From a virus (Duplodnaviria > Caudoviricetes): 54,990 bases of DNA. Shown in pieces: positions 28,747 through 37,441 of this stretch. Made by a program: the position numbers and the translations under genes. Location: positions 1 through 54,990 of the IMG/VR virus record IMGVR_UViG_3300048813_000106; one strand, 5' to 3'. Below the pieces are notes generated by a model, which searched no databases, was not told where the DNA came from, and saw only the letters and a program-made list of their open reading frames with translations. How positions within the stretch are numbered: position 1 is the stretch's first letter; the number at the start of each line of letters is the position of its first letter.

Positions 28747-29061
28747 TCATAGAACCGAAGGCACGAACGAGACGCTCACGACGACAGGCAGCACCTTCTT
28801 GAACGGTGCCGGGCAGGTGATGACAGCCAACCACTGCCCGGATTCTCCGAGTTCCGAGACGACGACGGCTTCGTACACGTTCGTTTCGAGTTTCGGGAGG
28901 GTGATCGGACCGACAGGCCCGACAGTGGGGTTTTCCTTGCGGGCCGCAGGCGAGTAGATCAGCGCCGACAGCGACAGGGGTTCGACGGGCGCCCCCGTCT
29001 TGGTGTTCGTGACCGTGATTTCAAGCTCCCACGGGTCCCCGACATACAAGGGCTGGTTCAA
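28747..29061 (-). CDS. Putative virion protein, Ig-like beta sandwich
   Basis: YVGDPWELEITV...alternating beta pattern; coupled to the fibre-like gene. Confidence 0.55.
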   Translation of the reverse strand: MNQPLYVGDPWELEITVTNTKTGAPVEPLSLSALIYSPAARKENPTVGPVGPITLPKLETNVYEAVVVSELGESGQWLAVITCPAPFKKVLPVVVSVSFVPSVL

Positions 29062-30434
29062 GACGGTCCGCCTTCCAAGGTCGTCGGGGCACGCGAAACC
29101 ACCCCAAGGGTCGTCGGAGCGCGAGAGGCCCCCGTCAACGTCAGGGGGCTACGGCTAACGACAGTCAGGGTCGTCGGGGTCGGTGGCAGAAGCACTTCGA
29201 TCCCGGCGAGCACCCCACCCGCCCTCAACGCGGCGAAACCACTGGAGAGCCGCGACCCGACAGCACCCAGCCTGCCCCCTACGGAGAGCTGGACGGCAGA
29301 GGACGCGAACTTGACGCCTTCCGCACGGTTCCGGGCGGCTGCGGGGAATCTCGGTTCGCCTGCGGAGCCCTTTAGTCCTGCGACTTGGCTCCCGGCGCTC
29401 GCGCGGGACGTGGCCGTACCCGACGCAGTCTTCTGGCCCGTGGTGAGCGTGCGTGCTGCCGCAGAGAAGGCCGCCGCGCCTGTGTTGATGACTTCGGAGG
29501 CGGCCGTGAGGAAGCCTGCGGCCCGTGGGGAGGCTTGCCCGGACGTGGACTTCGACCCCGTGGCCGTCAGGCGCGGGCCACCGAGAAGGGAGGGTTGGCC
29601 TGACGCGCCCTTCGCTCCAGACGCGATGACTCGGGTGCCCGTAGGCAGTGTTGGCTGGCCTGAGGCGCCCTTGGTGCCCACGGTCGCACCGGTTGCCCCC
29701 GAACGGACAGTGGAGGTTCCGCTCGCGCTCTTGACGCCCGCGCCTTTCACGGCCCCAGCCGCACGAGGAACACCTTCCCCCGACGCCGCCTTCGCGCCTA
29801 CAACGCTCGTACGCGATCCGTCACGCAGCACAGGCTGGCCTGCGAGGGCCTTGGCACCCGACGCCGTGACCCTACCGGAGGCGCGCAGCACTCCTTCGCC
29901 CTTCGCGCCCTTCGCGCCCGTTGCCTGCAAGCCCCCTGCGGCACGTACGGTCGCGGTACCGCTGAACGCTTCTTCGGATTCTTTCCCGATCGCCCAAAAC
30001 CCGATAGGGCCGTCCGGTTCCAGGACAGACCATTTCTGGTTGGAGATCTGCGACTCGGCGGTATTGCCGCTCCTCACCGTACTCGTGCCCGCGAGACCGG
30101 CTTTGACTTTGATACCACCCGCAGCGGGGTAGAACACAAGCCAGTAGAAACTGCCTTTCACGACCGGGACGGCCGTGGTGAGCGTCACCTTGTTTTCACC
30201 GACGACGGGTTTGCCGCCGAGCTTTTCCCCTCCCAAGACGGCACCGACAGCACCTGCCACGTCTTCACAGACGGCCCATTTAGCCACCGCCGCGCTGGTG
30301 GTGTTCAGCCAGATCGCGAGTTCTTCGATCGTCCCCGAGGCGAGCGCTTCTACCCGCTGTCCGATCGCCTCTTCCGCTGATGTCCCGAATTTACTGCCGC
30401 CGCCTTCGGTCGTCGCGCCCGCAAGAACAGCCAT
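29058..30434 (-). CDS. Putative fibre/virion protein with 20-aa Gly/Ala repeats
   Basis: Globular N-terminus, about 13 repeats like SGQPTLPTGTRVIASGAKGA, then 10-aa PTTLxVVSRA repeats. Confidence 0.65.
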   Translation of the reverse strand: MAVLAGATTEGGGSKFGTSAEEAIGQRVEALASGTIEELAIWLNTTSAAVAKWAVCEDVAGAVGAVLGGEKLGGKPVVGENKVTLTTAVPVVKGSFYWLVFYPAAGGIKVKAGLAGTSTVRSGNTAESQISNQKWSVLEPDGPIGFWAIGKESEEAFSGTATVRAAGGLQATGAKGAKGEGVLRASGRVTASGAKALAGQPVLRDGSRTSVVGAKAASGEGVPRAAGAVKGAGVKSASGTSTVRSGATGATVGTKGASGQPTLPTGTRVIASGAKGASGQPSLLGGPRLTATGSKSTSGQASPRAAGFLTAASEVINTGAAAFSAAARTLTTGQKTASGTATSRASAGSQVAGLKGSAGEPRFPAAARNRAEGVKFASSAVQLSVGGRLGAVGSRLSSGFAALRAGGVLAGIEVLLPPTPTTLTVVSRSPLTLTGASRAPTTLGVVSRAPTTLEGGPS

Positions 30435-30438
30435 GGCA

Positions 30439-31047
30439 CTACGGTGCCGGCGTGCCTTCCGCGAGGTTCATGTCCGACTCGGATGATTTGACCGTGTAGG
30501 TGCCTTCCGAGCCGTATTTCTCCGGGGTCGTAAGGATGCTGAACCCGAGCCAGTGTTTCGCGGAACCGATACCGGAGGCGGCTTCGTTGTAGCACTCCGC
30601 GTTGATCGTTTTCCCGGCAGGGATTTTCAACGCGTGTTCCGTAGTGTCTTCCGTCTTGCCTTCCGCTGCGGCTTCGAATTTCGTTTCGATCCGTGCGTAG
30701 GAGCCGCCCGTCAGCTCGGTCAGCTTGATGTATTCGCTCGCGGCTTTCAATTCCGTCGTGAACGACACGGCTGCGCCGCCTTCGATGAGGGACACTTCGA
30801 ATTCGTTGGTGGCCGCGCCGACGACGTAGTAGGGCCTCAGAGCAACGAGACCCGCGCCGCCGGAGAGGACGGGGAAGTAGACGACGTTCCCGTTCGCGAG
30901 ACCGTTCGCCGTCTTTTTGATTTTCGTGCCAGCCGTCGAGGCTTCCACCGCTGCTGCGGCGGCGGCTTCCATCGCGCCGACCCAGCGTGCGGTGGTGTGC
31001 CATGAGGCGTTCAGGGCGATCGTCTTCTGCTCACCTGTCCAGGGCAT
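30439..31047 (-). CDS. Putative minor tail/fibre-associated structural protein
   Basis: ELTGGSYARI..F.AA motif and internal NGLANGNVVYF...L....YYV domain seen in virion proteins. Confidence 0.6.
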   Translation of the reverse strand: MPWTGEQKTIALNASWHTTARWVGAMEAAAAAAVEASTAGTKIKKTANGLANGNVVYFPVLSGGAGLVALRPYYVVGAATNEFEVSLIEGGAAVSFTTELKAASEYIKLTELTGGSYARIETKFEAAAEGKTEDTTEHALKIPAGKTINAECYNEAASGIGSAKHWLGFSILTTPEKYGSEGTYTVKSSESDMNLAEGTPAP

Positions 31048-31322
31048 CAGGCCACCACCTCCTGCTCGGGCACGGTCTCTACGTCCACGATCTCCACGCC
31101 CGTGATGACGTGCGCCGCGACACTCGCCCAGCCAAGCTCGAGCACCACGTCACGCTCACGGTTCCCTGAGCCAGTCTCTGTGGTCGCGTCTGCTGGTCCG
31201 CCGTGCGCGACACTGATCTTGGAGGCAACCAATGCGCCTTGCTGCCCGCACGCGTCCTCCCCCATCTCCGGGGACTCGATCGTCGCGTTCTCGCCTTCCT
31301 TGTGGATCAGCAGCCTCGGCAT
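31047..31322 (-). CDS. Hypothetical protein
   Basis: GAAGGGAG RBS before ATG 31322; TGATG overlap with the next gene. Confidence 0.6.
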   Translation of the reverse strand: MPRLLIHKEGENATIESPEMGEDACGQQGALVASKISVAHGGPADATTETGSGNRERDVVLELGWASVAAHVITGVEIVDVETVPEQEVVA

Positions 31323-31347
31323 ACGGGCTCCCTTCGAGTAGTGAGAT

Positions 31348-31602
31348 TCAGGTATGGACGGGCGGATCGGGCTGCGACGCCTGCCAGGACTGCGCGACAC
31401 CCGTGGGCAACTCGGCCTGCAGAACGGGCTCGCCATTCGTTGGGCATGGCACCCAGGCGTTCCACTCGATCCTGCCGACCGTCGCATCGTTCTCGATGAT
31501 CGGCCGCGTCAAGGGTTTCCACACGATACCCGCGTGGTCGCCGCCGCAACGCGCGCAGTTGCCGATGTGCGCGAGCAGCGCAGGGTCTGAGGTGTGCTCC
31601 AT
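31348..31602 (-). CDS. Small Cys/His protein
   Basis: CARCGGDH...CPTNGEP; GGAGG RBS. Confidence 0.6.
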   Translation of the reverse strand: MEHTSDPALLAHIGNCARCGGDHAGIVWKPLTRPIIENDATVGRIEWNAWVPCPTNGEPVLQAELPTGVAQSWQASQPDPPVHT

Positions 31603-31628
31603 CGCGGAGCCTCCAATCAAGTCGCGAG

Positions 31629-31790
31629 TTACGGACGGGGCGGCAAGACGCGTCTAAGCGGCCGAGAACGCTTACGGGGAGGTTTCCCTACCCTCACAGG
31701 CCCCATCGTCCTGAACAGGGGCTGCTGAGGCTCTCTGAGCCTCCTGAGGGCCTCGTCTAGACGACGCTGCATCTCACGGGAGTCGCTCAC
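31629..31790 (-). CDS. Small basic hypothetical protein
   Basis: GTGA overlap with the upstream stop. Confidence 0.4.
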   Translation of the reverse strand: MSDSREMQRRLDEALRRLREPQQPLFRTMGPVRVGKPPRKRSRPLRRVLPPRP

Positions 31791-32083
31791 ACCGCATCCA
31801 CGATCGTGACGACGCCCTCGCCAGTCGCGCAGTCGAAGTCCACCATATTGCCGTCCTGGCGCCCAGTGACGCGACCACGACGAAGCGGCGGCCCACGGTG
31901 GTAGCGACCTTTGGCGAAGATTGTGAGGTAGGCGACCATGCGAACGGGGCGCGCGATCTCGTGCCACTCCTGCAAGTAGAGACTCAAGTCCTGGCGCTCT
32001 GCCCTGATTTCAACGCCACGGCCCGCAGGCACTGGGACCCCGTCGATAGACGGGCTCTCGATAAGGACGATCCTCTCGCTCAC
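31787..32083 (-). CDS. Hypothetical protein, paralog of 42373..42675
   Basis: Shared IDG.P.PAGRGVE, VAY.T.F..G.Y.R, V.FD..TGEG. Confidence 0.75.
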   Translation of the reverse strand: MSERIVLIESPSIDGVPVPAGRGVEIRAERQDLSLYLQEWHEIARPVRMVAYLTIFAKGRYHRGPPLRRGRVTGRQDGNMVDFDCATGEGVVTIVDAV

Positions 32084-32301
32084 GGGGCGTGCGCCTTCAG
32101 ACGGTCGTAGGCGCTCTGCACCGCAGCGTCGAAGCCCTTAGCTTTGCCGCCAACAACCTCAGAGCCCCCTGCGCCCTCCTCGACACCCTCGTAGACCGTG
32201 ACGCGCCACCTACGGCCGCGTGGTGCGCCGTACACCAGCGCGCACTCCAACCCGTACCCAAGCTCTTCGCAAGCCTCCGCGAGCTGATGCAGAGCGCTCA
32301 T
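32080..32301 (-). CDS. Hypothetical protein
   Basis: 4-bp start/stop overlaps on both sides. Confidence 0.6.
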   Translation of the reverse strand: MSALHQLAEACEELGYGLECALVYGAPRGRRWRVTVYEGVEEGAGGSEVVGGKAKGFDAAVQSAYDRLKAHAP

Positions 32302-32579
32302 ACCGGCCCTCCTGCCAACCCAAGCCCGGACGCTCTCGCCAAAGCCGCGTCCACCAGCTCCAAACGCTCAGGCTGCCTAGCCAGCGAATCCCACTCCCGC
32401 AAAGTCATCGACGCGTGCCCCGAAGGCAACGCCTCCCACAACACATCCCACAACCGGCTCCACTCCCTGTACCCCTCGCCATAAGGGGACGCGACCGAGT
32501 GCAGGGCCTTGTGTACGGGGCGGCCCTCAGCTACGAGGGAACGGATCGCGGACAGGGGCATCACTAGATCGAGAGTCAT
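32298..32579 (-). CDS. Hypothetical protein
   Basis: 4-bp overlaps on both sides. Confidence 0.6.
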   Translation of the reverse strand: MTLDLVMPLSAIRSLVAEGRPVHKALHSVASPYGEGYREWSRLWDVLWEALPSGHASMTLREWDSLARQPERLELVDAALARASGLGLAGGPV

Positions 32580-32866
32580 CGGTCCTCCACAACGCGGACG
32601 CCCAGGTCTGCCAGCCGTAGCTCCGCATCATCAATATCGGCGATCCGCTCGTACTCCTCCACGAACTGGCGAGTCGCCACCACCTGATAGCGGCGAGGGC
32701 CGACGTAACACCACCAGTCGAGTTTGAACCCGAACCTCAGCGCCTTCCAGCGAGGAAGCGGAATGGTCCACCCCTTGGCTAGGCGAGCGAGTTCGTGGAG
32801 CTGGCGAAAGCGGACCTCCTGAGTGCCGCGAGGTAGCTTCCATTCATGCCCTTCGGGGCCACTCAT
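32576..32866 (-). CDS. Hypothetical protein
   Basis: 4-bp overlaps on both sides. Confidence 0.6.
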   Translation of the reverse strand: MSGPEGHEWKLPRGTQEVRFRQLHELARLAKGWTIPLPRWKALRFGFKLDWWCYVGPRRYQVVATRQFVEEYERIADIDDAELRLADLGVRVVEDR

Positions 32867-33126
32867 CTCTTCCCCTCCAGCAGCCGACGAGCCTCAGCCA
32901 TCAACGCGTCAGCCTCAACTTCGGAGTGCGCGTGAATCCTGACCCTCTCGCCGCTCCGCAGGGCCTCAGCTATCGCGGCAATCATCAGCAGGCGGCGACC
33001 GAGTGGACGACCGCCGCCAACCACCAGGTAACGCGGCATGCCCTCATAGAACGCCTTCTGCCACGGCAAAGGCTCAGCGAGCGGCTCGCCAAGGGTGGCG
33101 CGTATGAACTCGGCGGGGTCCATCAT
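32863..33126 (-). CDS. Small protein resembling a TerL ATPase N-terminus
   Basis: DPAEFIR..LG...PLPWQ...LVVGGGRPLGRR. Confidence 0.55.
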   Translation of the reverse strand: MMDPAEFIRATLGEPLAEPLPWQKAFYEGMPRYLVVGGGRPLGRRLLMIAAIAEALRSGERVRIHAHSEVEADALMAEARRLLEGKR

Positions 33127-33362
33127 GCGGAGCGCTCTATGCGTAGGAGTCTGTTCGCGTAGCGGTAAGACAACCCCTGGCCTCGGTCGAGGATCGCCGA
33201 CGAAGCCGCGAGCTTCTCAGCCATCGTCGGCATCCAGGAAGCGGGAAACCACCACGGCAGCCGGATCACCGCGTGAGTCTCGGACTCCTCAACCACACGG
33301 AAGCCGAGGAGTCGCCCTTCCCAGCCGATACGCACATCCCCATTGCCATCTACACGCTTCAC
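33123..33362 (-). CDS. Hypothetical protein
   Basis: 4-bp overlaps on both sides. Confidence 0.55.
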   Translation of the reverse strand: MKRVDGNGDVRIGWEGRLLGFRVVEESETHAVIRLPWWFPASWMPTMAEKLAASSAILDRGQGLSYRYANRLLRIERSA

Positions 33363-34102
33363 GACCTCGCCTCCAGCAGCCGCTCTAGCCGGTCATGCCA
33401 AGCACGATGAACCTCCGTGTAGTCCTCGATGGCCTCGATAGCGGAGCCTTCCGGCCCAAGCGCGCTTATCGCGGCACCGCAGAGAGCGCAGTATTGGACG
33501 ACGAGATCGTCGCCGTGAAAGGAGGGAGAGCTGCCGATCCTGCCCGTGACCATCTCCCGTGTCACACGCGGAGCGTCAAGAGTCTCGACTTTCCAGGGAC
33601 AACGCCGCTCTGGGCACTTGCCTTCAACCATCGGCACGTCGTGCTCAGGGCAGCGGAACTGCGGATCGGCAAGCCGTGCGGCCTTCTCCCCCGCAAAGAC
33701 CGCCTCAGGCTCCGCTACGGGCACGGGGTCGGCTATCTCACGGGCTAGGGAGGCTAGCTCGTCCATCGCGATGGAGTCTCGCTCGTTGTCGCGTAGGAAG
33801 TCCGCCAGCTTCGAGCGATAGTCACCGCCGGGGGTCGTGTGTTCGACAAACACTCCGGACCACCGCTCGTGGTTCTCGGGGATGACCTGCAAAACGAGCG
33901 TCCGACAACGCTTCCCACGAAGATTGCGGATCTTGTCGCGCCAGACCTCGCCCTCACGAGGAGGACCACCAGCCACGGCCGGTTCCGCAGCTTCAAGGAT
34001 CTGCCTCGCGGCGTTGCGCACCACGGCAGGCATCAGGTCATCGAGCCTCGGCCCCATAGCGACTCTCAGCGCCTGCTCCGCTACATCCAGACGGTCACTC
34101 AC
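33359..34102 (-). CDS. Hypothetical multi-domain protein with Cys/His motifs
   Basis: CPEH...CPERRC and CALCG...HRAWH; coupled. Confidence 0.65.
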   Translation of the reverse strand: MSDRLDVAEQALRVAMGPRLDDLMPAVVRNAARQILEAAEPAVAGGPPREGEVWRDKIRNLRGKRCRTLVLQVIPENHERWSGVFVEHTTPGGDYRSKLADFLRDNERDSIAMDELASLAREIADPVPVAEPEAVFAGEKAARLADPQFRCPEHDVPMVEGKCPERRCPWKVETLDAPRVTREMVTGRIGSSPSFHGDDLVVQYCALCGAAISALGPEGSAIEAIEDYTEVHRAWHDRLERLLEARS

Positions 34103-34362
34103 GGCACATACCCCACATAGCCATCCCGGCAGACCACCACAGCACGATTCAAGATCGGCTCAAGGACACTCACATTCGCGACCCCATCATGACGGACACA
34201 CACGCCACGTATCTGCCCCGAGGACGGCGTTTCCTCAGCAAAAGCAAGAAGCCAGACACCAAAGGCCACCGCGATCACCATAAGGACCACGACCGGCAGC
34301 AACAAGGGATGCATAGATCGCGAGGGAGTCTCCGGCGCCCACGTCTTTGCCGTGGCGCTCAC
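34099..34362 (-). CDS. Small membrane protein
   Basis: LLLPVVVLMVIAVAFGVWLLAFA segment; C-terminal Cys pair. Confidence 0.65.
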   Translation of the reverse strand: MSATAKTWAPETPSRSMHPLLLPVVVLMVIAVAFGVWLLAFAEETPSSGQIRGVCVRHDGVANVSVLEPILNRAVVVCRDGYVGYVP

Positions 34363-34538
34363 GGCTTCGTCTTGCCGAACGTACCATCCGGGTGCGCCCC
34401 AGGCCCACGCTTGATCGGCGCTTCCTGCAAACGCCTGTTTCGCTCGTCAACCAGCCTGCGCCGGGCTTCCTGCTCGGCCGTTGGGCCTTTCTGAGCGAGA
34501 CGCTTCGCCTGAGCCGCGATATCCGTAGGCCTGCTCAC
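34359..34538 (-). CDS. Hypothetical protein (59 aa)
   Basis: Below the ORF-track cut-off; GTGA overlaps on both sides fill the gap exactly. Confidence 0.5.
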   Translation of the reverse strand: MSRPTDIAAQAKRLAQKGPTAEQEARRRLVDERNRRLQEAPIKRGPGAHPDGTFGKTKP

Positions 34539-34780
34539 AGCCCCTCCGGAACGCCAAGCGACAAGCCATCGAGGTCGCCGAGGAAGAGATCAGGAGCGTC
34601 GGCAAGCGTGAGATGCGCGGCAGCGCCGCGCTCGACCACCACGGCTGCGGCGATCCGCGCGCTCCCTACCGGCTCCCCGTCGAGGGTCAAGGGAACTCGA
34701 TGGCCCTGCAGCCCATCGAGCACATCGCCACCGAACCGGCCCCCGAATGGCGCTGAGTAGCGAAACGTGAACATGCTCAT
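34535..34780 (-). CDS. Hypothetical protein
   Basis: 4-bp overlaps on both sides. Confidence 0.55.
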   Translation of the reverse strand: MSMFTFRYSAPFGGRFGGDVLDGLQGHRVPLTLDGEPVGSARIAAAVVVERGAAAHLTLADAPDLFLGDLDGLSLGVPEGL

Positions 34781-35094
34781 CGCTTGCCCCTGGACGCTTT
34801 AGGAAACGCACCCCGACCAGACATCTCAGCAAGAGTCCTACCCACCCGAGCCTGCGGCGCGCCACCCTCACGACCCGGCTCATAAGCAACCGAGCCGACC
34901 TCTGCCGGTTCAACGACCGGCCCACGACCACGCGCAGGCTCCGCGTCAGCAACAACCCTCTCCATATCACCCAACCCAGCATCACCAATCTCACGACGCA
35001 CAAGCTCACGCACCCACGTCGCCGCAGGAACCCCACCACGCAACTCATTCAAAGCATCGCGCTCCACATCCGACAAAGTCACTTTCAACAACAT
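34777..35094 (-). CDS. Putative ribbon-helix-helix DNA-binding protein
   Basis: MLLKVTLSDVERDALNELRGGVPAATWVRELVRRE fits beta-alpha-alpha. Confidence 0.5.
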   Translation of the reverse strand: MLLKVTLSDVERDALNELRGGVPAATWVRELVRREIGDAGLGDMERVVADAEPARGRGPVVEPAEVGSVAYEPGREGGAPQARVGRTLAEMSGRGAFPKASRGKR

Positions 35095-35302
35095 GGGACC
35101 AATAGTACCACAAGCCCCACCAGTACGGGCCATAAGACCAAACCCAGCACCGTACAAAAAACCAGAAGCCCAAACAAAGCGACCCGTAAAAACCACGGCG
35201 CCTGCCCGGCGGGGTACTACCGATTGAGGCTTCGATAATTCTGCCGAATGGTCTTTATGTGCGTGGAGGGCCGGCGTGCCGTGAGAGCGGCGTGTAGAGC
35301 CT

Positions 35303-35932
35303 CTAAGGCCCTGTGCCTGGCCCGATGGACCGGAGGTGCTGTCCGAGGAACCGTAGGGCCTCACGCTGCACCTCAGGGGGCAGCCCCAAAGCCTTCTCAG
35401 CCAACGCCATCCTCGCAGCGGCAGCCAGGAGGCCCATGGACTCTTCCTCCATAGCGAGACGCTTCGTAGACACACCAGCGTCGATAGCGTGCTTCGACAC
35501 ACGATCCCACCGTACAGCAGCCTTGTCCATCTCTTCCATGTACGGGTGGATCGCAGCTTCGCCCTTATGGTTCTGCCACAACAACAGATCCCCACTGTCC
35601 ACGAGCTGCTCACAAGCCAGCTTCCAAGTCGCATAGCTAAGAGCCTCAAACCTAAGCAGAGCCTCAATATGCGCCAACGGATCGGACCCCAGCTCAGCAA
35701 GCCACGGCTGCGCCTCAGCCTCCCTCGCAGCCCACTGCAAAGCCGTCTCACGCGCAAGACGCTCAGCAGCCTTCTCACGCACACGTTTCGTCACACCATG
35801 CGACGTACAAATCGTCGCGCCCTTCAACGGCCTCCGCGTACAACGCTCCCCAGCACGCTCATGACTCGCCCTGAACACATGCACACACTGATACGGAAAC
35901 ACCGTCTGCGCAGGCAAAACCCCCGAACCCAT
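35303..35932 (-). CDS. terS: Putative terminase small subunit (HGGxSTG-like zinc domain)
   Basis: C...GERC.R.PLKGATICTSHG, then helical region with HPY...K.AIDAGV..R, typical of actinophage TerS-like proteins. Confidence 0.65.
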   Translation of the reverse strand: MGSGVLPAQTVFPYQCVHVFRASHERAGERCTRRPLKGATICTSHGVTKRVREKAAERLARETALQWAAREAEAQPWLAELGSDPLAHIEALLRFEALSYATWKLACEQLVDSGDLLLWQNHKGEAAIHPYMEEMDKAAVRWDRVSKHAIDAGVSTKRLAMEEESMGLLAAAARMALAEKALGLPPEVQREALRFLGQHLRSIGPGTGP

Positions 35933-36004
35933 AGGCCCATCCTACCCAGAAGCACCCACAACGCCACACGCAGCGGACGCGAGAACGGCTCCTGTCATCG
36001 TCGT

Positions 36005-36355
36005 CTAGAGGTGTGGGTGGGTGGCGTGGGGCATTTCGAGCGCGTCTTTGCGTATGGCGGCGCCTGCTGCTTTGTCTCTGCTCGTGGCTCTGGAGGGTCG
36101 CAGGGCTTCTGTGAGTGCTGCGTCGTAGCCCGGCGCTATGCAGTGGCGTCTGTCGGGGGTCGTGGTGTTCGCTGGCGGGGTAGCGCTGTAGTGCGTGTGG
36201 TAGAGGATTAGTTTGCCGGTGCCCTCGCAGGTGTGGCAGAGGTGTCCGTCTATGAAGCGTTCCACGAGCCCTTGGGCGTACAGCATGCGCTCGCGGCCAC
36301 GGCCCTTGCAGTCGGGGCAGAGTTTGTCCGCTAGCGTGATGTCGGGAGCGTGCAT
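36005..36355 (-). CDS. DnaJ-type zinc finger protein
   Basis: CPDCKGRG and CHTCEGTG; GGAGG RBS. Confidence 0.65.
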   Translation of the reverse strand: MHAPDITLADKLCPDCKGRGRERMLYAQGLVERFIDGHLCHTCEGTGKLILYHTHYSATPPANTTTPDRRHCIAPGYDAALTEALRPSRATSRDKAAGAAIRKDALEMPHATHPHL

Positions 36356-36680
36356 GCGGGCCTCCGGAGGGGTGGTGTAGAGATAGTTCGGGTAGTGGCT
36401 AGGCGCGCCGCATTGGCCTTGCTGGCGGTGCCTGGTTGGGCAATGTAGCACGGAGCACCAGTGCGATTTCGCCTACGCCTTCGATTCCGGTCGGGGCGCT
36501 TTGCGTCTCAGGGCCGGAGCTGCAGGACGAACGCAGCGACCATCAGCAGAGTCACGAGACCGTAGGCGAAGCGCCGAGGCCACCGTCGTACAGGCCGGTA
36601 GTAGCGGCGCAGCATGGACGCACACGCTGATTCATCGCACGCTCGCTGCCAGTCCTGGACGCTATGAAGGTCGCCCACGG

Positions 36681-36926
36681 CTAGAAGATCCTTTGGTCGC
36701 TACGACGGCCTGAGCCGCCGCACGCGTGGCATCTGTGGAGGTCGTCGGGGCAGTTGCCTAGCGGATCGGAGCCTTCGTCGCAGGTACCCTCGCCGCCGCA
36801 GTGCGTGCAGCCCCACTCTGGATCGAACTCGTAGTCGTCGCATGAGCACTCCTCGCAGGAACCCGAATGGAAGAAGTCGGCATGCCCGCATTTGCAGGTA
36901 TCGCCCTTGATGTCCTCGCCTCTCAC
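36681..36926 (-). CDS. Cys-rich zinc finger protein
   Basis: CKCGH...H..SCEECSC plus CTHCGGEG and CHACGGSG. Confidence 0.7.
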   Translation of the reverse strand: MRGEDIKGDTCKCGHADFFHSGSCEECSCDDYEFDPEWGCTHCGGEGTCDEGSDPLGNCPDDLHRCHACGGSGRRSDQRIF

Positions 36927-37165
36927 TTCGCTGCCTTCCATGTAGCCAGCCGTCCCGTCTCCGTCAACCACCAAGCCAACGGACGCCCACGAGCCGACTC
37001 ATCCCGCACACCACGCAACAAGCCCTCACGCTCCAATCTGCGCAGGAGCTTGGAGAGCTGCCCACGATCCGACACACCCACCTCGTGGCCTATCTGCACG
37101 TTCGAGGACCCAGGGTGATGTTCGATGGCTTCTAGGACCGCTCTTGTACGGGCTGTGCGTCTCAT
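36923..37165 (-). CDS. Winged-helix (MarR-like) DNA-binding protein
   Basis: VLEAIEHHPGSSNVQIGHEVGV...QLSKLLRRLEREGLL...WWLTETG. Confidence 0.8.
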   Translation of the reverse strand: MRRTARTRAVLEAIEHHPGSSNVQIGHEVGVSDRGQLSKLLRRLEREGLLRGVRDESARGRPLAWWLTETGRLATWKAAK

Positions 37166-37389
37166 GGGACGCGCTCCCAGGCCGTCAGCTCGCTAGGTAG
37201 GCGCCGCAATCGTCGCACCCCTCCGTGGGGCCAGAGCCACCTCCACAGCCCCTCATCGCCCACCGGGGAAAGCCAGAGCCACACAGTGCCGTCGAGCCGC
37301 GATGAGGTAGAGCTAACGCGCCAAATACGTCCCGTGCGAGAACGCCTAGGCCGCAAATGGTCGCCCACTCGCAGCCTCCCCTCAATCAT
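37162..37389 (-). CDS. Hypothetical protein
   Basis: AAGGAA RBS; LRVGDHL SH3-like start. Confidence 0.55.
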   Translation of the reverse strand: MIEGRLRVGDHLRPRRSRTGRIWRVSSTSSRLDGTVWLWLSPVGDEGLWRWLWPHGGVRRLRRLPSELTAWERVP

Positions 37390-37441
37390 GGCCAGTTCCT
37401 TCGCTCATGCTTGCCAGCATACACCACTTCCCAACTCTTTG

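Noticed and set aside
35095-35784. Upstream part of the 335-aa ORF overlapping terS
   Set aside because: Arg/Leu/Trp-rich product of the G/T skew; the plausible gene starts at 35094
36440-36500. tRNA-like TTCGATTCCGG segment
   Set aside because: T-stem does not pair; no cloverleaf or CCA end found
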